DNA of 64,000 bases, taken from positions 1,922,001 to 1,986,000 of the forward strand of contig NC_088807.1 in assembly GCF_011386835.1 (NCBI RefSeq), read 5' to 3'. Positions within the stretch are counted from its first letter, which is position 1, and every line of letters begins with the position of its first letter. Positions 35,957 through 48,399 of this stretch are shown piece by piece. The translations under genes were made by a program, and so were the position numbers. The DNA is from Chrysemys picta bellii. Its lineage: Eukaryota. A model generated the notes under the pieces. The model ran no database searches. It was not told the DNA's origin and worked only from the letters and a program-made list of their open reading frames with translations.

Positions 35957-36163
35957 CCGTGGGGGCTGCCTACGCCTTCAAGCGGGACAACGCCAGCCGG
36001 GCCGTGATCTGCTACTTCGGGGAGGGCGCGGCCAGCGAGGGCGACGCCCACGCCGGCTTCAACTTCGCCGCCACCCTGGAGTGCCCCATCCTCTTCTTCT
36101 GCCGCAACAACGGCTACGCCATCTCCACGCCCACCTCGGAGCAGTACCGGGGCGACGGCATCG
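35957..36163 (+). CDS. BCKDHA: BCKDHA exon 6 (TPP-binding motif)
   Basis: [38 protein letters not shown]; 207 nt. Confidence 0.98.
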
Positions 36164-36617
36164 GTGCGGGGCCGGGGGGGGCAGTGGGGCAAGAGGGGAG
36201 TTGGGGGTCACAGATCCAGTCCGGCACCCCTTGCCAGCCACCTACCAGCCTGCTGTGACTCAATCCAGGCTCTGGGGGTCCCCAGGCGCACACTTGGGGT
36301 GCAGTCCAGTCGCCCACCCTCCCATGAGAGCCGGAACCCGCTGTCCGGCTGCCCAGCCCTGGGGCGTGACCCCTTCCCACTCCTCCATCCGCCCCTCTGC
36401 CCCCCGTTGGGAAGCCAGGCCGCGCTCAGCCCAGCAGAGCCGCCCGATAGCCCCCTGCAGTGCCCCTCGCTCACTCACCGTTCGGGGGGGTCCTGGGCTC
36501 CCCAGCATGGGTCAGCTCCTCCCTTCTCCCCTCCCGGACTCAGCCAGTTATCAGGGCGACCCCCCGCCCCGTTCTCAGGCGATGCCAGGGCAGTGGCTGG
36601 GCACTTCGAGTCAATGA

Positions 36618-37180
<563 letters not shown>

Positions 37181-37352
37181 GTGAGTGAGGGGGGGTCCGT
37201 CCCCCCCGGGCTGCCCAGGGGGCTCGGCCGGCGCCCGGTGTGAGGGAGCTGCCCCGCCAGGGCTGGGGAGAGCGACTCCACTCTGGGAGTTAAGAAGAGG
37301 GGCCAGGACTCCTGGGGTCTCTCCTGGCTCCGGGAGGGGGCAGGGCCCAGGG

Positions 37353-37655
37353 GATGGAGCAGGGGGGCTGGGAGCGAGGGCAGAGCAGGGGAGTGGGGCC
37401 CAGGGGGCGGAGCAGGGGGGCTGGGAGCGAGGGCAGAGCAGGGGGTGGAGCAGGGGGGCTGGGAGCGAGGGCAGAGCAGGGGAGTGGGGCCCAGGGGGCA
37501 GAGCAGGGGGGCTGGGAGCGAGGGCAGAGCAGGGGAGTGGGGCCTAGGGGGTGGAGCAGGGGGGCTGGGAGCGAGGGCAGAGCAGGGGAGTGGGGCCCAG
37601 GGGGGCTGGGAGCGAGGGCAGAGCAGGGAGGTGGGGCCCAGGGGGCGGGGCAGGG
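37353..37655 (+). repeat. G-rich minisatellite in BCKDHA intron 8
   Basis: ggagcaggggggctgggagcgagggcagagcaggggagtggggccc units; related to family A. Confidence 0.85.
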
Positions 37656-37684
37656 CGCCGGCTAACGCTGCCTCCCCCCGCCAG

Positions 37685-37855
37685 GTGATGGAGGCCTTCG
37701 AGCAGGCGGAGCGGAAGCTGAAGCCCAGCCCGCAGCACCTGTTCTCGGACGTGTACTGCGAGATGCCCCCGCAGCTGCAGAAGCAGCAGGAGGCGCTGGC
37801 ACGGCACCTCCGGCTCTACGGGGAGCATTACCCCCTGGAGCACTTCGAGAAGTGA
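37685..37855 (+). CDS. BCKDHA: BCKDHA exon 9 ([11 protein letters not shown]...[12 protein letters not shown])
   Basis: 171 nt; total CDS 1302 nt = 433 aa. Confidence 0.97.
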   Translation: MMEAFEQAERKLKPSPQHLFSDVYCEMPPQLQKQQEALARHLRLYGEHYPLEHFEK

Positions 37856-38582
37856 GGTCCCCGCGGGGGGGGGCAGCCCACTCGCCCCCCCCCCCACGCC
37901 CGGGGCCTGCCTCGGTTTCCCTTGGCCGCGCCGGGCCAGGGGCGGGATCCCTGGGTGTGAGCAAGTCCAGTGGGGGGCCACGGTCACTGGGGCAGCGAGC
38001 CTGGCCCCCGGGGGAATTCCTAGCTCAGAGAGAGCCCCCCCCCCAGGCGTAGATGTGCCTGGGCTCGCGGCTACCCCATCTCCGGGCTCTCCTGGCCTCC
38101 CGCAGGCCGGCGGGTCCCCTCGCTGCCCTGCCTGTGAGCTCCCCAGCCCAGAGTCGGGTAGGCTTGGGGGTAGGGAGTGGACGGGTGCGTGGGCTGCTTG
38201 TCCCTGTAGCCAGGGGAGCTGCCCCCAGGCAGGGGCAGGAGCCGCTTCGCTGCAGGGGGTGGGCACCAGGTTGGCTGCAGGGGGGGGCAGGATATTTTAT
38301 GGCAATCTCCTAACTCAGCCTATGGGTCGGCTTTCTAGGCTCCGGTGAGTGGTAGTGGTGGTGGGGGGTGTTGAACCACGGCACGGTTCCCGGCGAGTCA
38401 GCCGGGCAGAGCCGCTCCCTGGGCGGGCGGCCCCCGGGCGCTGTTACACGTAGGATAGTCGGGGGCTGCTCTGGGGGGGGGCAGCGCCCGTCATGCTGTT
38501 ACACGGGGGGGGGACTGGGAAATCCGGCTCGGCCTTGGCACCAAGGGTCCCTGGGGCCTGGCTGTACCGGGTGGCGGGTGTC

Positions 38583-38588
38583 AATAAA
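38583..38588 (+). terminator. BCKDHA: BCKDHA polyA signal AATAAA
   Basis: First AATAAA after the stop, followed by a T/GT-rich stretch. Confidence 0.7.
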
Positions 38589-38934
38589 CTTTGTATGTGC
38601 TAACAGCTCCGCATCTCCGCATTCCTTGTACCCCCTCCCCGGGTCCCAGCCGGCCTCAGCCTCCGCCCGCAGCCCTGGCCTCAGGCTGGTGTGTGTGTGT
38701 GGGGGGGTTCCCGACCTCGCAGCCGGCCCCGAGAAGTCTCTGCTCCTGGCCGGGATTAGCAGGCGGTTCAGGGTGGGACATGGGGGGCAGATCGCTGGGG
38801 TTACAGGTGGCAGGAGCCCTGGCCTGTGCCTCCCAGGGGGGAGCGTCTCCTGCCGGCACTGGGGGGGGGAGCGTATCCGAGCCCAGCCTGGCGCTCCGAC
38901 ACCCGGCTGCCCACTCGCAGTGGCGCCCCGGGCC

Positions 38935-39535
38935 AAGGGTCCCAGCCCCACCGCGCGGCAGTGGGGGTTACGGGGCCGGCACAGGGCGTCCCGGGCCATG
39001 GGTCCCGGCCCCCCGAGCGGCAGTGGGGGTTACGGGGCCGGCACAGGGCGTCCCGGGCCATGGGTCCCGGCCCCCCGAGCGGCAGTGGGGGTTATGGGGC
39101 CGGCACAGGGCGTCCCGGGCCATGGGTCCCGGCCCCCCGAGCGGCAGTGGGGGTTATGGGGCCGGCACAGGGCGTCCCGGGCCATGGGTCCCGGCCCCCC
39201 GAGCGGCAGTGGGGGTTACGGGGCCGGCACAGGGCGTCCCGGGCCATGGGTCCCAGCCCCCTGAGTGGCAGTGGGGTTACGGGGCCGGCACAGGGCGTCC
39301 CGGGCCATGAGTCCCGGCCCCCCGAGCGGCAGTGGGGGTTACGGGGCCGGCACAGGGCGTCCCGGGCCATGGGTCCCGGCCCCCCGAGCGGCAGTGGGGG
39401 TTACGGGGCCGGCACAGGGCGTCCCGGGCCATGGGTCCCAGCCCCACCGAGCGGCAGTGGGGGTTACGGGGCCAGCACGGGGCTCCCTGGGCCATGGGTC
39501 CCGGCCCCCCGAGCGGCAGCGGGGTTACGGGGCCG
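38935..39535. repeat. 60-bp minisatellite (~10 copies)
   Basis: ggcagtgggggttacggggccggcacagggcgtcccgggccatgggtcccggccccccgagc. Confidence 0.95.
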
Positions 39536-39737
39536 GCTGGTTAGAGGCTGGGCTGGCCTCGGCGAGAGGTGGACAGAGTGTAACTGTCAGTGCAGCCTCC
39601 AGGGGGCGCTAGCATGGGGGGGTTGGACACATCCAGGGGCACATGGGGGGGGGGGGGTTGCCCTGTGCCCAAATGAGACTAGTTCACACAAGGGGCCAGT
39701 AGCCAGCCCTGCTCCCGCAGCCCCAAATTCCACCCCG

Positions 39738-40265
39738 CACCTCTGCCGGTGCCCCTCACTCCCGACCCGCAGCCCCTGCTAGCCCAGTCCCCCCCCCCCC
39801 CAGCCCTGCCGGTGCCCCTCACTCCCGACCCGCAGCCCCTGCTAGCCCAGCCCTGCCCCCCCCAGCTCTGCCGGTGCCCCTCACTCCCGACCCACAGCCC
39901 CTGCTAGCCCAGCCCTGCCCCCCACAGCCCTGCCGGTGCCCCTCACTCCCGACCCGCAGCCCCTGCCAGCCCAGCCCTGTCCCCCCACAGCCCTGCCGGT
40001 GCCCCTCACTCCCGACCCGCAGCCCCTGCTAGCCCGGCCCTGCCCCCCAGCTCTGCCGGTGCCCCTCACTCCCGACCCGCAGCCCCTGCCAGCCCAGCCC
40101 TGTCCCCCCAGCTCTGCCGGTGCCCCTCACTCCCGACCCGCAGCCCCTGCCAGCCCAGCCCTGTCCCCCCAGCTCTGCCGGTGCCCCTCACTCCCGACCC
40201 GCAGCCCCTGCCAGCCCAGCCCTGTCCCCCCAGCTCTGCCGGTGCCCCTCGCTCCCGACCACAGC
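39738..40265 (-). repeat. Family B minisatellite
   Basis: About 9 units. Confidence 0.92.
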
Positions 40266-40377
40266 CAGGTCTGCTGCACTCAGTGGCTGGCCAGGGTGGG
40301 GGCAGACGGGGAATCGCACAGAGCGGCTCGATTCGCACCCGTGCCAAGCAGCGAGACTGGAGTCCTGCCAGCCACTC

Positions 40378-40383
40378 TTTAAT
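40378..40383 (-). terminator. B3GNT8: Probable B3GNT8 polyA signal ATTAAA
   Basis: tttaat about 200 nt past the stop. Confidence 0.55.
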
Positions 40384-40578
40384 GGCCCGTCTGGGAACGA
40401 CGGGGCAGTGCCCCCCGCCCCCGGGCGCACACAGCTCCCGCCCAGTTCCATGGCCCTGCACCTGCCTCGCTGCTGGGGGGCCGGGGAAACACACAGGGAG
40501 GGAATTTGCGGTTCTGGCGGCAGAGAGCCGAGCCCATGTTTCCGCTTGGCCTGTTCTTGGCCAGCTCAGCCCCCCCGG

Positions 40579-41790
40579 TCAGCATTTCAGCTGGGGGTCA
40601 TGCAGCTGTCGCCACAGCCGCACGGTCTGCTGGGGGCTGCGCCGATGCACCAGGAGCAGCTGGCGGTGCGCGCAGGGGTCGGCCCGGTCTTTCTCGGCGA
40701 TGTCGAAGGTCTGGAACTCGGGGTGGGCCTCGGCCCGCACCCCCAGCGCCTGGAAGCACAGCCCGGTGTAGACGTCGTCGATGGGGTAGAAGGCCAGGTG
40801 CTGGGCCACCAGGAAGAGGGCCGGGGCCAGGCGGCCCGAGAAGATGTAGCCGCCCCCGCCGGCGTAGGCCGGGTACGGCCCGGCGTAGAAGGACTCGGGG
40901 ATGTAGTACTTGCTGTTGGCCTGGCGGAAGGGGGAGGCGTTGGCCATGACCTGCCCGGTGTAGAGTGTCTGGGCCCGGCGCCCGGTCAGCGGCCCCAGGA
41001 AGGCCAGCACCCGCGGCGTGTTGATGAAGACGTCGTCGTCGCCCTTGAGCACGAAGCGGGCGTCAGGGCAGTGCGCCAGCGCCCAGCCCAGGAAGAGGAA
41101 ATCCTTGAGGGTCAGGTTGAAGAACGTGTCCTCGAAGTCCCACACCAGGACGTCGCCGTAGACCCGGCTCTCGTAGGCGATCAGGTGCCGCAGGTCAGGC
41201 TGGTGCGGCCCGCGGGCCGCGCCCATCAGGAAGACGGTGCGCACCGGCTGCCCCCCGGGCTCTCCCTCCCGGCCCCAGGTCTCCCGCACGGCCTGGCGGG
41301 CGGCGAAGTTGCCTGGCACGGATTTGATCGCCAGCAGCAGGAAGGTCCGGTTGCCGGCGCACTTGCGGGGCTGGTTCACCAGCAGCGGGAAGCTGCGGCA
41401 CTCGGCGTGCAGCACGAAGCGCTGATGCTGTTCTGGGTACGAGGCGAAGTCCCTGACGGCGGCCGCCGCGGCCAGCCCGTCCCCGCAGCCCCACGTGCTG
41501 TTGGCCGGGCCCCCCTCCAGCACCCGGAAGAGCCCGTGCTGCTGGCGGTTCCAGTAGGCGTCCGCCTCGGGCACGCTGCCGCGCAGCCGCCGTAGCGAGG
41601 CGTTGAGACGGAGCAGCAGCCCCACCGGGTCGTCCCCCAGCGGCTCGGCCAGCGGGAGGGGGGTGGTGGCCCCGGCGGGCTCAGGGTGGGGCAGGCCCTC
41701 GGGCTGCTCCAAGCTCCAGTCCATGTAGGCCTTCAGGGCCAGCAGCGTCAGCAAGGCCAAGGCCACCGTCAGCAGCTTGGTCCCCTTCAT
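40579..41790 (-). CDS. B3GNT8: UDP-GlcNAc:betaGal beta-1,3-N-acetylglucosaminyltransferase 8 (GT31), single coding exon, 403 aa
   Basis: Type II TM anchor; LLLAIKS, RQAVRETWG, FFNLTLKD, KGDDDVF, YPAYAGGGGY, DDVYTGLC motifs; N- and C-termini resemble B3GNT8; synteny; acceptor 41812-41814. Confidence 0.92.
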   Translation of the reverse strand: MKGTKLLTVALALLTLLALKAYMDWSLEQPEGLPHPEPAGATTPLPLAEPLGDDPVGLLLRLNASLRRLRGSVPEADAYWNRQQHGLFRVLEGGPANSTWGCGDGLAAAAAVRDFASYPEQHQRFVLHAECRSFPLLVNQPRKCAGNRTFLLLAIKSVPGNFAARQAVRETWGREGEPGGQPVRTVFLMGAARGPHQPDLRHLIAYESRVYGDVLVWDFEDTFFNLTLKDFLFLGWALAHCPDARFVLKGDDDVFINTPRVLAFLGPLTGRRAQTLYTGQVMANASPFRQANSKYYIPESFYAGPYPAYAGGGGYIFSGRLAPALFLVAQHLAFYPIDDVYTGLCFQALGVRAEAHPEFQTFDIAEKDRADPCAHRQLLLVHRRSPQQTVRLWRQLHDPQLKC

Positions 41791-41995
41791 GGTCGTCCGC
41801 CATCACGGAGCCTGCAAGGGAGGAGGAGGGGTTCATGTTTGTATTTTGTATCATTTCGACTGAAGGATAAAGACTAAGGAGATCGTCACGTAGCCCGTAT
41901 CAAACGTGTGGCGGTGTGATTTGTGATGCCAGCCACCCTTTCTGAACGGCCGAATGGGCCATTGGGAGAGATGCATCCGCCAGAATCTCTCTGTG

Positions 41996-42162
41996 CAGGG
42001 CCACCCAGAGGATTCAGGGGGCCCGGGGTAAAGCAATTTTGGGGGCCCCTTCCATTAAAAAAAGTTGCAATACTATAGAATACTATATTCTCGTGGGGGC
42101 CCCTGTGGGGCTCGGGGACGGGGGCAAATTGCCCCACTTGCCCACCCCTCTGGGCGGCCCTG
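41996..42162. mobile_element. hAT-type MITE (167 bp)
   Basis: 15-bp TIRs CAGGGCCACCCAGAG / CTCTGGGCGGCCCTG (14/15); perfect 8-bp TSD tctctgtg at 41988-41995 and 42163-42170. Confidence 0.92.
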
Positions 42163-42233
42163 TCTCTGTGTCTGGGCTGATTTCAAGGCAGACACAGACC
42201 TGGGAGGGTCACCCCTTTGCTGTAGGTTTAGCA

Positions 42234-43079
42234 TGTTAAAATAAGTCAAAAAAGACCCGGATTGTTGTTCTTCTGCATTGCAACTTGATGTTCCGGTTCA
42301 AAATGCTCCGTGTGAACGAATTCTGTTTGTGTGTGACTGAGGAACGGGTGTTGAGAGAGAAGCGTGAAGGCCTTCGCTATCAGAGGAGGGCAGGCTGACG
42401 ACGCCAAAGATGAGATGGGGACAAGAGAGCTGTGGTCAAACCCAGCCTGGGGTAACTCCCTGAGAGACTCGATGGAAGAACCAGATAAAGGCTGAGAAGG
42501 ACAATTTCAGAAAACAAGCCCTCGTCAAACAACAATTGATCACAGCAGGACGCTGCAAAACTCATTGGCCCCGATGAAGGAAAATCACTATATAAACAGG
42601 GGGCCTTGCCAGGAAACTTTGTCCTTTTTTAACTGGAGATATCCCATCTCCTACAACTGGAAGGGACTCTGAAAGGTCATCGAGTCCAGCCCCCTGCCTT
42701 CACTAGCAGGACCAAGTACTGGTTTTGCCCCAGATCCCTAAGTGGCCCCCTCAAGGATTGAACTCACAACCCTGGGTTTAGCAGGCCAATGCTCAAACCA
42801 CTGAGCTATCCCTCCCCCAAGACTTCCCCGGAGCATCGTGTCATGACCGACGGAGCCCGGCTCCTCCCTACCCATGATCAACCAAGCTGGCCACGAGATT
42901 GATCCGGACTCTGGACTGGTAACTAGACCATCGACTGGCGGGAGTGTGTGTATCTGTGTGTGTGTGTGTGTGTGTGCGTGCGGTGTGATTAAATGCATAT
43001 GCTAATTGTATCTCCAGTAAACGCGGCGTGTTGCCTTTTCCCCTGAGAAAGATCCTGTGTGCGTCTTATAGGCATATCA
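42234..43079 (+). mobile_element. LTR-like element interrupted by a SINE
   Basis: TG...CA candidate ends, TATAAA near 42590, AGTAAA near 43016; no clear TSD. Confidence 0.4.
42631..42818 (-). mobile_element. Tortoise Pol III/SINE (tRNA-derived head plus CR1-like 3' end)
   Basis: GGGAGGGATAGCTCAGTGGTTTGAGCATTGGCCTGCTAAACCCAGGGTTGTGAGTTCAATCC head; tail gatgacctttcagagtcccttccagt resembles CR1 3' UTR. Confidence 0.88.
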
Positions 43080-46000
43080 GCCCCGCCGAGAGGGGGTGGT
43101 TAGGAAACAGGGCTCGGAAGACTGTTGGGTCTCTCACCTGCCTGAACGCTCTCAGTTCCCACGGGCAACGGGACTCTTCCTAGCTTTGTGACGTGCGGCC
43201 ACGTTCCACCCCAGAGCTGGCTGCATCTCGATGCTGTGGAGACAGCCACAGGAACAAAAGCTTATAAACATTTGTGGAGGAACCTGCCCGGCCCCAGGGT
43301 GGGAGGAGCTGGGCAGGCCGGGGCTGATGCCGAAGGAGCGGCCGAGGAAAGGGGGGGATGGCAGAGGAGGAAGAGTCCGTGGTGCTCTCACGGCCCCGGG
43401 CTGAGCTGTGGGCATTGGAGCACAGGGCGGGTCCCTTTAGAAGCCAGACAGCTGCTCCTCACACTCGGTTTTGCATCACCACCAGCTCCAGGGTCTGCTC
43501 ATCTCCACGACTGGTAGCTGGGACAGTGGCGGCATTTAAGTGGGGCGCGAGAGTCCCCCTGGTCCGTGCCTTCCACTTGGCCAGTCCCCTGACGCCTGCC
43601 TCCCCTCCCAGCCCCCGGATGTCCCCTGCTCCCCAGGGCACACTGGGCGGGAGAGGGATGTTCCTTCCGGCCCTGAAGCAGGAGATCTGACTGCCGGGAT
43701 AGGCTGGCGCACCGCCCAGGTTAGCGAACACAATTCCTTGTAGCCCGAACAAGCCTCGCACGTAAAAGATTCTGTATTGAGACGCAACACGCTCGTGTCA
43801 CCGCTAAAAGGGCCTTTTTCTAGGCGGTTACTTCACGTTCATGGAGAAGGTGAAAGGGGGTGAAACACACCCAGAAACCGTATTTAATACAGACCCCTCC
43901 CCTGAAATCCTAGGCCAGACTCCATAGCCACGCCGATTAGAACAGCCCAGGGGGTCGCGAGCTTATTTCGTGGGGGGTTGCGAGCTGCCAGCCTCCACCC
44001 CAAGCCCCCCTTCGCCTCCAGTGTTTCTAATGGTGTTAAACATATTAAAAGAATGGTTTGCGTTTACAAGGGGAGGATCGCACTCGGAGGCTCGCCGGGG
44101 GACGGGGTCACCAGTACACAAGTCTCAGACCCACTGCACTAGGATAAGCACCGTGTGGCGGGTTCCCGAATTGCTCGCACGGTGCATCTGTACAACTTAC
44201 AGAGCCGGCTGGAAACCGAGCTGGAGGGACAGTCAGTGGAGCCCATCCAAAAGCAGGCCCTGATTCAGTTTAAACCATCTGGGAGACCAGACGCACCCAA
44301 AGAAATGGGAGACGGATTCGATTCTTGCCCCGGATTATAGTTGTTGGGATTCCCCCCACCCCCCCTTCCCGAGAGCTCAGCTTGACTCCAGCCGGGCCCT
44401 GGGGGGATCTTTATCGGACATCCAGCCACTGCGCTGGGCTGCTCGGACGCAGACGCAGTGGGGTGGGTGCAGGGAACATCCCAGCCCCAAAGAACCCCCC
44501 ATGGCCTGGCCGAGCCGTCGCATCATCCCTTTCACGGTTGGCTTGGGGCTGTAGCAGAGAGCAAGCCCCGGCCACGCACTGTCTGTGATTCAACTTCCTC
44601 TTTGCCTCATCTCTATTTTCGTAACGGGCGGTCTCCCGTGTTATCTAGGTCCTAGTCAGCCGCACCCTGGGTGGTTTCCTTCTTCGAGCGGCCGCGGACG
44701 TCGTCTTTCGAGCCTCCTGACGTATTTACATCTTTTGTTTAGCACAAAAGTCCAGTTTCCAATCCACTGATTCACTGACCTCCCAATTCCTAGCGTCCAA
44801 GGGATGAGCCGCCCCCCGTGTTAATGACTCACCTCGGGCCAGGCCTTAGCTACAAAAGGCCCAGCGTTGCCCTGACCCATATATGGCCTTTCGGGTTCCC
44901 ATGACAAAGCATCCAGTGTTAACATTTCCATCACTTCTTTCTTAACCCTTCCTCTACGTCAACACAGCCGGCCCGCACAGACCTGGCAAAGCAACCTCCC
45001 TGCAAAGGCCCCCCGAGCCCCCGCTTTGCAGCATCCCGCGGCGCGCGAGCCCCCAATAGCCGACCTGTGGTTCTCGCCTTCGCTGCTCGGCTAAATCCCG
45101 GCCTTTAGCTTAACTCTGCCCACAACCGCAGCCAACTGCCTTGTGTTCGCCTGCTTCCCCCCTGCATGGACCCAGCTTACGCACGGACACCGGCACCTGC
45201 CCTCTAGCGAGCGCACAGTGACCCACGAGACGGGGGCGACATACTCGTCCAGCTGCCCCCGCCGGCCAGCCGCGCACACCGTCGCCTCCCTCGTCGCTTT
45301 GCCGGACACCCCCTTTGCTGAGACCTCTCCCGCTAAATAACGACCAGGGTCTGGGCCCTAACGGGGTCTTTCACAGCGATTCCCTGCCAGGCTTCCCCAC
45401 CCCCGTTGGTTCGCTCCTATCGGCGGACGCTCTACTTGTTAGCCAGGACAGCAACCTGCGTTCAACCCCCAGCTCTGCCACGGATCCCTTCGGTGACCTC
45501 GTCACGTCACATAATCCATCTGGGCATCAGTTTCCCCATCTGTAAAATGGAGCGAATCCTTCCCTACCGGCACCTCTTCTTGTCTATTCGGACGATCTGC
45601 TCCCCAGGGCAGGGCCTGTCTGGTACCAGGTGTTTGTACAGCACCTGGTGCAGTTCGGCCCCGATCCTGGGTCGGGATTTCTAAAGGGCACCATCAAATA
45701 GACCCTCAAAGTGTCTTCACAGACCCTGTCCAAGCCGCTCTCGCCGGGCGCTGCCAGCCTGCCGGAGCTTTAACAAACACACTCCGGATTAAGAACAGGA
45801 GGACTTGTGGCACCCCCCCCCCCCCCGGAGCGACTGGCAGCTACCGGGCTCCGGGCTTTGTTCTGATCCAGCAAACGACCAGGAGTCGGGGGGGGGGGGG
45901 GCAGGTCTTAGGGAAGGACACTGACCAGAGCCTTTGTGGAGATGGGGGCTGGAGTGGGGGGGGGGGTCTCTGCTCAGTTTTCTCTCTCGTGTTTTTACCT

Positions 46001-46674
46001 TACGGATAAAATACGCTTGCTTAGGAAGAAGCAGGTGGTCGGTCACCAGTCACTCTGCGCTGGCTCTGGGGAGCTGGGAATACCGGCACAGGCAGGGGGC
46101 TGGCCAGACAGACAGAGACGGGTCTCCGCCCCGGCCAGGACCAGCCGCCCGCGGGTGGGAGCCATCCCGGAGAAGAAATCCGGGTGCAACGGCCCTGAAC
46201 TGGGTCAATCCGTTCGCTCCGTGGTACCTTGCGTGACTCAACGCAGGGTTTCCTTCCCGCCTGGGGCGGCCACTCCCCTCGCTGGGTTAGCGACGGCCCG
46301 AGGCTGGTCTCTGCAAAGAGACAATCCAAGCCCAACAGCCGGCCACAAACGCCTGCCTGGGAGCTCCCTTCAGCCCCAGCAGCTCCCCGGGGAGCCAGGA
46401 GTTCATTCTGGGGAGCAGGGAGTGGGGCAGGGGTCCCTTGGCCTCATCTCCGGAGAGCCAGCACCACATCACTGCCGAGGTCACAAATCCGAGTGGCTTT
46501 GGGATCAGCTTGTTCCCCGGCCGAGCACGGTCAAGCCAAGCTGGTGGGACCCGCTAGGCCAGAGAGAATCGGGTCAGGGAGAGCAGGGGCTACACGGTTC
46601 CTACGCGTTGGCTCAGGACTGGATTTCCTGGCACATTCTGACCGGGGCCGAGCACAGAGACGGTGCCAGTGAAT

Positions 46675-46810
46675 AACAACGGCCAGCCTGGGTCAGACCA
46701 AAGGTCCATCTAGCCCAGTGCCAGGTGCCCCGGAGGGAATGAACAGAACAGGGAATCACCAAGCGATCCGTCCCGTCGCCCATTCCCAGCTCCTGGCAAA
46801 CCGAGGCTCG
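46675..46810 (-). mobile_element. Degenerate CR1 3' fragment
   Basis: Shares ctgggtcagaccaaaggtccatctagcccagt with 55306-55990. Confidence 0.75.
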
Positions 46811-47697
46811 GGACACGATAATACAATATCATGGACTCTGGGGAGACAGTTTCTGTTCTTCGTTCCGGGATTGGCCTGGAGACAACCGACCCCCTAAGAA
46901 GTTGAGGCATAAACCCAGCGGCTAGACAGCTCCTCAACACAACACTTTCTCCCTCCTCCTCTTTCTCAAACTCGGAACAAACACGTTTTCGGTGAAAATG
47001 TCAAATTGGACAAACAGCTGACGCTCTGCAGCCCGGCCTGGGGCAGAGACCAGCTGGTCTGCTGGCGAACTCCCCCGCCAGGACTTCCTCTCTGACCTCA
47101 GGCCGGTGCCCTGGGGACAGAGGCTGAAAGGCTTTGAAGCACCCGAAGATGCACTGGGCATCTCGTGGGGGCTACCAAGCAGCGAACCTGGGAGCTTTTG
47201 AAAATCTCACCTTCGAGAATCTGACCTTTACTCTGCATGCGCCTCAGTGCCCCATCTGTACAATGGGCACGACAGCCCTGCCCCACCCCCCGAGGGGCTG
47301 GGAGGGGAAATCCGGCAGCCACGGCGGTGCCGGGGCCATGTAACTACCACAGGCAGAACGGGAACCTCCCTCCGCGCTGCTCGCCCTGCCCAGGGGTTCG
47401 GCCCCCTCTTCTCACCGACACCCCCAAATCCCCCCTTTTCTGAATGTAACCGTGGCTCAGGGGACTTGGCTGGATTTCTTCTGTCCCCCACCCCCTGATT
47501 CCTGTTTTACAGCCTTCCAGAGCCTGAATTTAACCCCCAGCCTTTTCTTATCTCAATCCCCTGCCCAGGGGCACAAGCTGAGACCAGCCCCTCTCCCCAG
47601 GAACGCACAGGCCACCCCCAGGGCAGGTCAGAGCTCTGCCCGGGCTAGGACACGGGCCATCAGAGCTCCTGTAGGAAACTGCCCCCCAAATAGCACC

Positions 47698-48290
47698 CCT
47701 GGGCTGCGGGTCGGGAGTGAGGGGCACCGGCAGGGCTGGGGGGGGGGGAGGGGGAGGGTTAGGCTGGGATAGCAGAGGGGCTGGGGGTCGGGAGTGAGGG
47801 GCACCGGCAGAGCTGGGGGGAGCCCAGGGCCAGGGTAGCAGGGGCTGCAGGTCGGGAGTGAGGGGCACCGGCAGAGCTGGGGGGGCAGGGCTGGGCTGGC
47901 AGGGGCTGTGGGTCGGGAGTGAGGGGCACCGGCAGAACTGGGGGGGGGGCTGGGGTAGCAGGGGCTGCGGGTCGGGAGTGAGGGGCACCGGCAGAGCTGG
48001 GGGGACAGGGCTGGGGTAGCAGGGGCTGCGGGTCAGGAGTCAGGGGCACCGGCAGGGCCGGGGTAGCAGGGGCTGCGGGTCGGGAGTGAGGGGCACAGGC
48101 AGGGCTGGGGGGGCAGGGCTGGGGTAGCAGGGGCTGCGGGTCGGGAGTGAGGGGCACCGGCAGGGCTGGGGGGCTGCGGGTCGGGAGTGAGGGGCACCGG
48201 CAGAGCTGGGGGGGGCAGGGCTGGGCTAGCAGGGGCTGCGGGTCTGGAGTGAGGGGTAGGGGCACAGCTGGGGGGCTGTAGGGACGCTGA
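47698..48290 (+). repeat. Family B minisatellite
   Basis: About 10 units. Confidence 0.9.
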
Positions 48291-48399
48291 TGCAGCCCTG
48301 GGGGTGCTGGGGAGCAGGTCTCAGACACCCCCCCCCCGGAGCAGGGCTAACCCAATCTTCCTGCTCAGCTGGGCGGGGGGGGCGATTCAAAGGGAAGCT

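Noticed and set aside
40120-41595. 491-aa + strand ORF
   Set aside because: Antisense shadow of GC3-rich B3GNT8 fused to minisatellite
42745-42818. tRNA gene
   Set aside because: tRNA-like head is joined to a CR1-like tail, so it is a SINE
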